A DNA stretch of 64,000 nt from positions 6,014,001-6,078,000 of the forward strand of contig JAQFVV010000003.1 in assembly GCA_028023455.1 (NCBI GenBank), read 5' to 3'. The stretch's first letter is position 1. Each line of letters starts with the position of its first letter. Below, in pieces: positions 1 through 11,919 of the stretch. A program made the position numbers and the translations under genes. Origin of the DNA: Epiperipatus broadwayi. Taxonomy: Eukaryota > Animalia > Onychophora. Below the pieces are notes generated by a model, which made no database searches, was not told where the DNA came from, and saw only the letters and a program-made list of their open reading frames with translations.

Positions 1-2179
1 AATAAAATAGAACTCTTGTGGGGAGGGGTGTAAACGTAAATGGTCCTTAGGTAAGCGATAGTCAACATTTTCTTTTTCTTTTTGTAAAATTATTAACCGG
101 ATGTTTTGTAAATGTCTTCGTCAATCGTGTACCGTAATTACTAACCCTAAGTAAAATTTTTTTTTTTGATCATTTTTTTTTTAAGCAACTTTACTGATAT
201 GTAACGAGCACAGACGTTCGTTACATTGTTTTTTTTTATATTTATTAAACATGAAAGTAAATTAAAAAGTTCGCATTTAAAAATTTTCTTTAAGAATTAA
301 AAATTGAAATTAAATATCATCTTAAACTCGTATATGTTAAATCGCACAGATAATGAAAAATTATTAAAATAAAACTTTATTAAAGAAAAAGTATTTTAAA
401 ACTAAATTTTAAAAAGATTTGGAGATAAAATTATATCTTTAAATTTATCTTTAAATATATTTTTGATTTGGAAAACAGGTTAATTAATCAGAAATGGAAA
501 TGATTGTTAATTAGTTAAATGTAAACCAGCCTTGGGCATTTAAATGTAAAAACATCGGTCAGATAGGAAAACAACAGAAACTGTTAGAAAATAAGAAGAA
601 ATCCCTATGGAATTGGACCGCAGCGAAAGGACCATCGCCATCGGTGACGTAATGTAAATTCAATCCTTCACATTAATATAAAAAGGACAAGTTTGGAAAT
701 TATTGGTTAGTTAATGATTATTTACGATGTGACAGATATGTGTTAGTGCAGAAGTGACGAAGAAGGGATTGAAAAAGACGCACGTTCAATCCCTTCAGTT
801 GTTATAAAATGGAAAAATGAAACATCGCTTTTCTTATATTCAGAGGACCACAGGATCATCGGGAAATTTAATGCTGGATTTCAAACGGCAAGCAACTGTA
901 AAAGATGAACATTTTAAACCGTAAGAACTTTATAAATAATGAACATTAAATTAAAACTTTCCAAATTTAAATGATTGCAATATTATCCTATCTGACCAAC
1001 TTAATTTATTAATAATGTTATTTCATGTATTTCTTTTTATATATATATATTTAAAATCATTTCCATTTATTTATTTATTTTTTGTTCTTTAAGTTTTATC
1101 ATGATTTTTGTTTTTCGTTAAATTAATTATATAAATGTTAAACTTAAGTCGGGCGTGAATGGCTGTATAGATTTGTAAAGTTATATTAGGGGAGGGTAAT
1201 CTTAGATTATTTATGTCGTTGTTAGATTAGGTCAATGGATTGGATATATTGATGTAGTTAGTAGATGTAGTCAGAGATTCGCTACTGGCAGAATCGTTTA
1301 TATTTACGCCGCACTCACCCGTTTGCCTATGAAAGGAATTATAAGATGGAGAACGCAGTTCCTTTCTATGGAGTTTTTGTTTTATTGTTCTTCTCATTAG
1401 ATAGATGTAATATCCCTATCTGATGAGAGTCAATGCCTTCTCTTAATCTTTTTGGTGCTGTCGTATTCCGTATTACATTGAATACATCGATGTATCAGAT
1501 GAATTGATGCCAGTTTGACTGCGAATTTTAGCCTAAGGTTAAATAGGGATAGGATATTTTATTTTCAAATGCAAATCTATGTAGTCTATTCATACTCGAT
1601 CCTAAATAAAAATGCATTAAATTTAAGTTGTTTATGGACGCTTGCATGGATTGGTTATCGGTTAAGTATGTTTTGGGTTTTCATATTTGATCAAAATATA
1701 TAGACATTCGATAAATAATGATACCTTACGGTGAGTATCTAAAATGTATTTCTTCGGATGTCTTTTAAGTCATTGGTGACAATGCAAGTATCTTATGGTG
1801 AATACTACTGGGTTACTTATAAATTTCCCTCTGCAATTGCCAGTATCAATGATTTTATATTTTGATCGTTTATGTTTACTTTGGAATGTTTTTAACCGTG
1901 TAATCTATGTAACCGATCTATAGCAACATATTAAAACAAGCTTTTATAATCCCATCTGTGCGAACTTAATTAAAATGTAAACTTATAATATAATAGAAAT
2001 TAAAATGTAAATTCAAATCTAAGGTAAAGCTAAAAATAATGTTAAATGTTAAAATGTAAAACTAATTTAAAATAATTTTAAATCTTATATATATATGTGC
2101 ATAAATAAATGTTTGTATGTTAATTACTGGCAGTGGCTTATTTTATTCCTCTTATATATATATATTCTTATATTATTTT

Positions 2180-2350
2180 TTAAATCTCTGCTATTCCACT
2201 GAGCTAGTGACATGGGCTAACGACCGGATGCAAAAAGGAAAAAAAAAAATTTTTTTTTGTACTTATGTATCTGCCTACTCTATAAATTTTTCTAGGTTCA
2301 AATGCCTAGATGGCGCCCTGTAGTGCAGTTTATGTAAGTCTTTCTCTGGA
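2180..2350 (+). promoter_or_regulatory. Putative promoter/first exon at the edge of a CpG-retaining island
   Basis: CpG is retained up to ~2350 and nearly lost afterwards. CTAGATGGCGCC (2306-2317) resembles the arthropod CTCF motif. A strong donor TAT|GTAAGT lies near 2333. Confidence 0.4.
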
Positions 2351-2999
2351 TCGTTACAATATATATATATGCACATACACAGCAGTTTACCATTTTTTAT
2401 ACAGCTTTGTAATATAACTAATCTGAGCTGTGATCAAATTTGTTATAGTACAATATATATATATATAACTTTTAAAGTTTATCTATATATATATATAACT
2501 TTTAAAGTTTATCTTTTATTTTAAAATCATGTAAAGTGTTAAAGTCAGAGAATTTTTAAAAAAGTATTTGATTATGAAAAATCAGTTTTTATGTTCACTT
2601 TAATTTGCTTAGAGTTTTAAATAAGCCTACTTGTGTTAAGGCTATAATTTCAAAATTCAAATGAGGAAAGTTATGCAATTAATGATATGATTTATAAAAG
2701 CATGCATGTGAAGGACCTATCAGGTAATATAATATAAATTTATAATCTATAAAACATATACTCCTTTTAAATAAAAACTACAACATCAAAATGATCAAAA
2801 AATAACTTTTGCACACCAGACTTCTATACATTTTATTATCTCTAACTGATCTTTCTTAAATAGTCATAGCTATTTCTCTTACTCTGTAATTTATGATAGT
2901 AATAAAATGAGTTATCCATTTGATCTTTTAAATATTCATTAGTAAAAACTACTGGGAATTGATTAAGAAAAATGTGAACAAGGTAGAAATCATCTAATA

Positions 3000-4500
3000 T
3001 CTTATTCTCATAGTTGCATCCATTTTCTGTGTAAAAAAATAGACATAATATAGCATCACTAGCTATAATTCACAGCATTGTGACTTTTGAAATCAAAACA
3101 TTTAGAAATATATCTATCCAGTTCCTAATCTTTTTTTGTTCAAAGATTTTTTAAAAATAAGCAATTCTTTTCTCTTTCTTGTACACATTAATTTTTATTA
3201 CAATGAAAGACAGTCATTTTCTGCATGGTTCTGTGATAAACTCTATAGTATATCTTCTTTGAATGTGGATGGTATAAATTATTCTTTAGATTTGAGATAT
3301 CACTGACCTTTGAGGTGCATTAATATCTCTTTTACAAATCCAAACATTCTTCTACATTGTTTAAATAATGACACATAACTTATGCAAATCCAGGGATTAT
3401 TTTTTCCACCTAATATTTTTTTTTTACTATTTTTATGAACTACTCTACATACTAAACACATCCTTATAAACAGCTAAATGTCCAGAAGTGAAAAAATTTC
3501 TAGTCTTTAAAATTTCTTTTCTGTATTTTTTTTCACTGCATTTCTATTGCTAACACTAGGTTTCTCTAAGATAAAGATATTTGCAATTTATTTTGGTTAT
3601 TATTATTATTGTTGATATTATTATTTAAAATCTGGTATGCATAATCTCTTCTACATTGGCTTTCTAATAACTGATTACTCATGTCAATGATGATTAACTA
3701 CTCAGAAAACTATTCTATTGTTTTTCTATTGGCTGAACTCAGCATTTACTCCTCCCTATTTGCAGAATATGTTTTATTATCTTTATTATTTACTTCTTGA
3801 TGATGTACATGAAATCAAAGTTTTCAGTCTGAAAAATAACAGGAAAATTGAGTATAATTTTTCTGTGTACTAATAAACATAATCTCTTCTGAGAAACATT
3901 GATACCTAAAGGCCATCCTGGTTTTCTTCAGCCCAAACTTTATTCATTAGCAAATCCTATATTCTTTGTAAGTACATAATTTGATGAAAAAAGACATTGA
4001 CCAGTCTTTTAAAATTTGCTGAAGAATACTGTCTTCTAATACTGATTTCCACATGTAATCTAAGCCATTCAATTGGAAAGAATCTCAAAGCTTCCAAATA
4101 TTCCATGGGGTTTTGTTGAACACCTTGACTCTCAGTAATTTATTTCCTGAATTTTGACACATGATTTTCCTTTGCTATCATGATTTTGTTCATACACTAT
4201 TTCTGGTCGTATTACTATTTCATATGTATTAATATTCATGTTATATATCTTCTTTAGCAAATAATCTAGGATCTTTTCTCTTCAAGTGCCTCTTTTTTGA
4301 TGCTTTATTTCAGAATTTATTGAGAAGCTTGTCTTCACCATTTCTATTCTTCAATACTGCTTATATTTTCTTATATTTTATTTCAGTATTGCTCACATTC
4401 TTGGTCTTAGTATCTTCCAATTTTTGTTCTATTACTTGATCTAATATCTTTTGTTAATCAACATTAGCATCTTCCATTATTTCCAGTGAAACTTGATTTT
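3000..4500 (-). mobile_element. Heavily decayed RTE-like LINE RT/3' region
   Basis: The minus strand gives QGVQQNPM (GVRQG-like) at 4103-4127 plus fragments resembling downstream RTE RT blocks. Many stops and frameshifts. Confidence 0.4.
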
Positions 4501-4649
4501 TTTTTTCATTTTGTTTAATAAATGACCATATCATTTAATCTAGAAAATTAACAATTTCTTGCAGAAAAGTAATCAAAAAAATATAAATATTGAAAGTTTA
4601 AAAAATGATAATGTTTAATAAGCATTTGAATTTATCTGAATGAATTAAA

Positions 4650-5115
4650 TTCAAATGTGCTGTAGTTGCTATTAAAGCTCATTGGTATACATTTTGAAAG
4701 AATTGGAAAGATTTGAAACTATGGTTCATGCTTTCCCATAAGAATAACTATTCTCCATCAACACATTTATGCTAAGAATTAACCTGTCTACATTAGAAAT
4801 AACATCTTAAAGTTTATTATATTATGTAAACCATTAAAGCCATTATTTGTATAGAAAATTTACAATGTTTGATAAACTTTGTTAATAAGATATTTGAATT
4901 TATCTAAATGAATTAATAAAGTTTATTCAACATTGTAAATTTTCTAGTACAAATAATGGCTTCAATGGTCTAAATAATACAAACTTTAAGGTCTTATTTC
5001 TAATAATAGGCAGATTAATTCTTAATAACAGTATGATGATTAAGGTTAGTTATCCTTTCAAATCTTTCCAATTCTTTAGCTAATCATGGCTTTGATATAA
5101 CAGTTCATTCAAACT
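4650..5115. repeat. Long imperfect inverted repeat (foldback)
   Basis: AAGAATTGGAAAGATTTGAAA (4698-4718) is the exact reverse complement of 5056-5076. Inner arms ~4830-4885 and ~4913-4970 also pair, leaving a ~27-nt spacer. Confidence 0.85.
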
Positions 5116-5494
5116 GTGGGCTTCTAACAGAAACTTTAATGTCAACATGATGTTTTATTAATTTTTTGGAATTAATTGCTTACTTCTGTAGCTCTATGTA
5201 TCCTCTGAACTTTCTCTGAACTTTCAATCACAATTGATCTTGATTAAATTTTTGATGTTTTGGTAAAATCTTTCTCTTTTATAAATATTTATCCACAGTT
5301 GTTTGATATTGTTCAAACTTCTTAATTAGTCCATTTTTCTACCTTATTTCTAAAACATTGTTTGCATATTTTTCTTTTTTAATTAATTAAAATGATATAT
5401 GTTTACTGAAAATATATTCAGAAAATATTCATAATAACAATTTGTCTTTTTTTTAAAGTTAAAATTACTTATTACATTAGTATTTTTTTGAAGG

Positions 5495-5850
5495 TTTGTC
5501 ATAATGTTATATTAGATGTGATAATATGTTGAACTATTTTCATCAACTATTACTAAATGTTGAATTTTTTAAGGCACATTTGTCAAAAGTTGCAGCCTTT
5601 CACGTTATTAAATGTTGAATGTATAGAAAATTTTAAACTTTATTTAAAAATTTCAAATACAAACAACTTGTTAGTAATAACATACAAATTACTAACCTGT
5701 GTTGTCTTCATGTGTTATTACAAACAAGTTGTTTGTATTTGACAAGTTTAAATAATGTTTAAAATTTTCTATACATTCTACATTTACTGATAGGTGATGG
5801 AAATGGAAATAGTCCAACATATTATCATATATATTTAATACATTATTTTT
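5495..5850. repeat. Long imperfect inverted repeat (foldback/MITE-like)
   Basis: Arms ~5610-5683 and ~5710-5786 are reverse complements. This is why both ORF-track entries here share NVECIENFK.YL..SNTNNL.VIT on opposite strands. Confidence 0.85.
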
Positions 5851-6296
5851 AATGTTTTTTTTCTTAAAAATATACACTCATATATGACGCATTGCCACAG
5901 TATATATATATATATGTTCAAATGTATGTTATACTGCGTTATTTACTATCTACTGATTTGCATTATCCACAGGTACTTTGGAACCAAAATACTGAAAATA
6001 TGACCATTGACTTGTCATCCTCTTAATATAGTTTATTCTAGTACAGGACTTCAATTTCATAGTCATATCGTAAACTTTAGTGAATCATTAATTATGTAAA
6101 TAAGTGTGAATAAAGCTTATCCTAAATGAGTAATAGCTGATGGAAATGATTGTTTAAATAACAATAGAAATAATTTTATGAATAGTTCATATATAAATAA
6201 CTGAAAGTCTTTGAAACAGCTGGCTATGCTTGTAAAGTTCATCAAATCTCTTTTAAAAGGAATATTTTATGTACATATAATTTTAAAATGCATATT

Positions 6297-6377
6297 TTAC
6301 AGTGACAAATTAACAGTTAAAGATTTCAGATCGAATTCATCGTTTCCAGTGCGCCATGCGAAATTCTGAGCAAGTAA
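6297..6377 (-). CDS. Candidate terminal coding exon (LLAQNFAWRTGNDEFDLKSLTVNLSL*), product unknown
   Basis: Acceptor TTTAACAG, 26 open codons then TAA. Four CpGs in an otherwise depleted area. No family recognised. Confidence 0.3.
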   Translation of the reverse strand, partial: LLAQNFAWRTGNDEFDLKSLTVNLSL

Positions 6378-7008
6378 CTGTTAAATTATTATTTTATTTT
6401 ATTTTGATTTACACAAATCAAAAAAAGATTTAAAATAAATCACAGCTTTGTTTTCTTTTCAGTAACTACTTTTTTGGAAGTCAAAAATGAATTAAGAATG
6501 ATTTTTTTGGAAATATTTACAATTAAAATTATCACATAAAATAATAATTTTTATATAAATTAAACTTCTTTATATTTTCAAAATGTTCGCTCGCTTCCTC
6601 TTTTTTTTTTTACTCTAAAGAAATTAGATGCTTTTCTTTTTATCTATTTGGACTTATCTTGATCTCTCCCAAGCCAGTAATTACATTCAATTTCGTGACA
6701 TAATGATCAATGTCAATAAAGAGAACAACTTTATTATAATAATTATTTGCTTCAAAGATTTGTGTTTTTTTTTTTTAAAGAAATTGTAAAAAAGATAAAA
6801 TGGCAACAACAAAAAAAATTAAGTTATTTAACTGAAATCAAAAAAGAAAGCATCTTAGAAACAACTTCAATAAAATGAGAAAACAAACTGCATCTATGTC
6901 TTTTACTTTAAAAAAGCAAAGTTTAAAAAAAATAAAAGTAATAATAATAAATTTAAATGTTATGTTATATAAGTATGAAAACTAAACAGAAAAGTAGTAA
7001 TAAAATAC

Positions 7009-7124
7009 CAGATTTTGTAGACTTTCCTTAATATTAATGCCAGACGTCATCTGACATAGAACAGTGTGATGGTCTAAATCTTTCTATACCCCTCTATCCA
7101 TAAACCATGCCTACTCCATTCATG
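7009..7124 (-). pseudogene. Exon-like block, 1 nt short of an open frame
   Basis: Acceptor TTTCATTTTAAG, donor GTATTT. Adding one A gives HEWSRHGLWIEGYRKDLDHHTVLCQMTSGINIKESLQNL, in phase with 6297-6377. As assembled, all frames contain stops. Confidence 0.2.
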
Positions 7125-9653
7125 CTTAAAATGAAACACACAAGACCTTCTTGAAATTTCACACACAAAAAATGCTTCTGTCAGATCTATAAATAAGAAA
7201 ACCATTTTAAAAGATACAGATTTGTGCCTACTATAATTTTTAATCAACAGCACAATAACAAATATTCATTACATCTAACAAGAGTTTATCCTCATAATAT
7301 TGAAATACAATCTGTTTAGATTCTGTTAGGATACTTTTCATGTAGTTTAAGGCATTAAGTAACAAAATTAATTATTCTTTTTAAGAGAATCATTATTTCC
7401 AGTAGTATAAAAAATAAGTATATCTATGTACATAAATTTACACTAAAAATACAAACGTATAGCACAAGTAAACACATCAAACTGAATAATTTATACAGAT
7501 CATTTTTTAGACTAAAAATAATTATTTTTAGCCATAAATATACTTTAAACTTTAATTAAAGATAAAAATAACTATTATTAAACATGGAATAATTAATTCA
7601 ACTACTTTTCATTTTTTTCCATATATATATATTTATAATTTTTGTTTTAGCAGATATACTTTATTCTCATGAATAAAGATATTTAAAAAAAATCACTCTC
7701 AAGATACATTTTGTACGAAACCAGTACTTATCAGTTGGCCAAGGTCATAATCTCTCATATGATTTCATTATCTTTACTCAGTATTCATAAATATTAAATT
7801 GTTACAGTTTACTGTGAAGGTATCCAACTTAGAACTCAACTCTGATATACTATTCTCTCCAAATAAAACAACCCCAAAATTATTATTTTGAATTCAGATA
7901 TATAGTTCAAACTTTAATTAAAGATGAATAGATATATTATTAAACTCAACCAAGAGAATAATTAATTGCACTCACTTCATTTTATATATATTAAACAACA
8001 ATCAAACTCCAGAAATACTTTCTGTCTGATGGATTTCATATAAAAAGCATTAATATGTATTGCATCCATTCCATGGTCATCTGAGTTTTATCCTGCTATA
8101 GAAGCCAATAGCTTAAAGAGTTCAAATCTCCTAAGATTTCAACTCAAATTATATTAACAACATCAAAACTTAATTATATCCATTGTTGTATTGCAATATT
8201 TGTATTTTTTTTTTTTAACAATTTTGTAATCTTTGTTTCATATAATTTAATTTTTAATATAAATATTTTTCTCAGTACACTAAAACTTTACAGCATTGTT
8301 TCCATTATCTTCATTTACATGCATATTTCAGCTGTTATTTTTGGCTCCAGAACTAGCCACATAAAACGTCTTTTTTTTTTGGCTTCATCATTCCTTGAAC
8401 TGTCATTTTACTGTATCAATCATTTCTCACAAAGATTTTGTTTGGGGGAGGGGACTCACAATATTCTTTTCTTTTCATCTTTTCTTTGCTAACTAAGAAG
8501 TTGAAATAATGTAGTCAAGAATCACTGTTTATTGCTGATAGTCATGAGTAAAGTGGTAGTGTGTCAGACTATGAAGTTTCTCAGATCAATTTCAGTTCTG
8601 GTTCTTCTAGTGCTCAATCTTACTTATGAACTCTAGAGCAGCAGAGTCATTTGATTAGTTATTTCTTTGATTAGTTATTTATACACTGAAAGTATTTTTA
8701 ATCATACTCATATGCATTAGTATCATTTATTACCACTGTTTATTAAATTTTATTCCTCCTATTATTACAGCACAGTATTTTATTGAATAAAATGAGAATA
8801 TAATGATCTTGAAATTATCCCAAACTTTGCCAAGACACATAAAGGCTAGATGACAAGAAAAGCTTTCAATGAAAAGCTTTCTTTTATTGCACCTTTTATA
8901 TGCATAGTATTATGGTATTGACTGTCTTTGAAAGAGTTTTTAAAGTGAGGCATAAAGTTTGCACAAAACAAATATCATTTTAAGATTTTTTCAGCAAATG
9001 GCATTCAAAAACAAAAATTAAGATATATAAACTCTTAAATTGTAATGTTGAAAATCTTTTGACTTAACAATTAAAATCAAGACTGCTGTGGACATAACAC
9101 TATAAAATTTTGATGGCAAATATCTATATACACACACACATTTCATAAAAATAAATGTGGAATTATTTGAAATTATAAAATCTGAGTTATATTTAAAACA
9201 ATAGTTACTTTGTACTTGACATATATTTCATGAATAAAAAATCATTAAATTGTTCTTGTCTTTAATTTTTAATCATTTCCTGGTATATGTTTTTATATAT
9301 ATATATATTGATATTATTTTTATGTTCTACCTCACCAAAAAATGATGAACTGAGGTTTTATTATTATATCGGTTTTTCATTTGAATATCTCTTAAATAGG
9401 AGTAAACTGATCATTTATTTCATAGATCAAAATATCTTTTGATTAAAAACATAATTAAGGTCATCATTTGATCATAATCTCAGCATTTAATTTTGAAAAA
9501 AAATTGAAGGTTTTTACATTTGTTTTTCAGGAATCAAATTTTACAATAATTTCTTGGGATTATACTACATTTTAGGTACAAATAAAATGATAAAATTAAA
9601 CAAATGTTTAATTGTATTACACGGAATCACATATAATATGATCTATTATGTAC

Positions 9654-9766
9654 CAGTCATTTGCATGTATGGTTCAGTCTGCTCCAAAAAAATCAGCAAC
9701 AATAGTTAAAGGCAGCCAGAGAACTAAGTGTTAATAACACTTGTTGTATAACTGCAGTATAAGGAG
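9654..9766 (-). pseudogene. Exon-like block, 1 nt short of an open frame
   Basis: Strong polypyrimidine acceptor, donor GTACAT. Adding one A gives APYTAVIQQVLLTLSSLAAFKLLLLIFLEQTEPYMQMT. As assembled it contains a stop. Confidence 0.2.
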
Positions 9767-10026
9767 CTTTTGAATAGAAAATGAAAAAATGACGAAATTG
9801 AAATGAAATGACAATCTCAAAGTGAAAAAAAAAATTCTTCAAGTCAAAATTTTTAGGAATATTTTTTAGTACCAATAATGATTTAAAGCATAAATGATGA
9901 TTCCCTCTATAATTTAGTATTTTTGCTTTGTAAAAATTTATAAATAAGATAAAACTATATTTGAAAGTGCATTAAGATTACTTTCTCTGAAATATTAGGA
10001 ACTATAAGAATGGTATTACATATTTT

Positions 10027-10081
<55 letters not shown>
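10027..10081. repeat. (CA)n(TA)n microsatellite
   Basis: Direct reading. Confidence 0.97.
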
Positions 10082-10083
<2 letters not shown>

Positions 10084-10563
10084 TACTTGAACTCAGACTT
10101 TGAAACTTCTCACATCTATCTAATCCATCTTGTACAACTGATACACTTGACCAAATACATGTGAAAAAAATAAATAATATTCAATATATGTGTTTCATGC
10201 TGAACCAGCACTCATTATTTGGTCCAGATCACCATCTCCCACACATATATACAATCACTGCTCAGTTTATATTAAGATAGCAAATTTTCAAACTTTAATG
10301 GAAAACCTGCAATCTTCTCAACTCTCCAACTCTTTAGACATCCACATCATTGAAAATATGAGAATGAAATGATCAAAGCCTTGATGATTTCAATATTATT
10401 GTCATATCCATGTTGATCTTAAGTTAATCTGATCCCTCACACATAGGACCTTAATATTTCCATATGTGGTCATGTCTATCAGTTGTATAAGATGGATTGG
10501 ATAGCTGTGGAAAGTTAGAAAGTCTGAATTGAAGTCCCTTATAATTACATTAAGTTTAATATA

Positions 10564-10566
<3 letters not shown>
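10084..10566. mobile_element. Inverted-arm interspersed repeat (family also at 30587-30778 and 51963-52085)
   Basis: The left arm AACTCAGACTTTGAAAC...CTGATACACTTGACC matches the reverse complement of ~10450-10535 over ~80 bp. Both ends abut TA arrays. Confidence 0.75.

Positions 10567-10658
<92 letters not shown>
10567..10658. repeat. (TA)n microsatellite
   Basis: Direct reading, 92 bp. Confidence 0.98.
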
Positions 10659-10660
<2 letters not shown>

Positions 10661-11732
10661 AGAATTTTAATGGGAATAATTATCTAATTATGAAAAGGTG
10701 ATGATAATTGTCTCTCATTCAGTTCGAATTGAGTAGATATCTATATGTGACTGAAACTTATAATAAAAGTGGTTAGTGGTTAGATGAGTCAACTGATGGT
10801 AACATCAATGATGATGATAATAATCATCCAAAATATAATAGAAAATTGAAACAAAAAAGGAAATAAATTAACTATACAATTAGATTCCTGTGAATGGCTA
10901 ATAATTCATAAAAGGTAATTATTTAGATAAAGATACAAGCAACTATTTAAATATTAGATTAAACAAATAATTCTGATGAAGTTTTAAGTAAGATCAAATT
11001 TACATTCGTTTTGTTTTTGTTTATAGTATTTTCCCTTACTTACCTTTATTCTTATCCTTTAAGTAATTGCAAATAAAATGATTACTTTTTTAAAGGATTC
11101 TATTAGAATACATGCATAGCTTCATTTACATATATAATAGAGTAAAACAAAAATATCTTAAAATTACAGTTAATAAAATAACTTTTTTTTAAAAAAATTA
11201 CTATGGATTTCATCATAGCACATATATGTTAATTGCATGCATGTAATTTTACTTAAATATTAGAATGACAAATATAAGTGAATTTACATTATATTGTGAT
11301 GGCAGATTTATCAAAATACATTGAAAAATGTTCTTTTTATGAAGTCCATATAGACAATTTATTTAATTCATTTTAACCTGCAAATATTAGATGCAATTTA
11401 GTCATATAAATGCTACAAGCAATATCTCATACAGCTTCTAGAGGAATATTTGTTTTATATAAATAATTTTTATAAGCATGATTTTCAATATACATTAAAA
11501 TATTTTTATAAAAAAATTTAAAAATATAGCTATACAATTGCAAAAAAAAAAATGAATAAAAATTACTTTTGTCAATCTGGATTTAAATAATTGTTTTCTT
11601 ATAATCAATTATATAATAAAATAAATTCATTTTTATTATTATTGTTATTAATTACAATAAGCATTACAATATTTGTTTTAAAAATTAGCAATCATTTGAA
11701 AAAGATGAAAAAAATTTCAGCTATTTAGACTA

Positions 11733-11919
11733 CAGGCAGCATGAGACACCAGTTTATCTAAAAGGGGGAATATAAAATTTAAATTATATGAACTAAATAA
11801 ATTAACTTTTGCCAAATAGATACATACATAGGAAGGTATTAAGAGAAATACCCATTCAATTTAAAAAATAACATAAAATTAAGGATTTGAAAATTGATAG
11901 CAGTATAATATACTGCCTG
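11733..11919. mobile_element. Possible Tc1/mariner-type MITE
   Basis: TA|CAGGCAG ... CTGCCTG|TA ends. The TIR is only 7 bp perfect. Confidence 0.4.

Noticed and set aside
1418-1445. CTGATGAGAG...CTC as a hammerhead
   Set aside because: No GAAA follows the stem.
2450-2515. Short tandem duplication of (TA)n-ACTTTTAAAGTTTATCT
   Set aside because: Ordinary slippage or assembly duplication.
5557-5877. Two similar ORFs on opposite strands
   Set aside because: Mirror images produced by the inverted repeat, not paralogous genes.
7009-7030. KESLQNL recalling FAM91A1
   Set aside because: The flanking residues do not match, so the 7-aa coincidence is not enough for a gene symbol.
10135-10170. CTGATA-CAC.TG...CATGTG-(G)AAA in the inverted-arm family as a hammerhead
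   Set aside because: The arms align as CTGA(T/C)ACAC rather than CUGANGA-R, so the core is incomplete.
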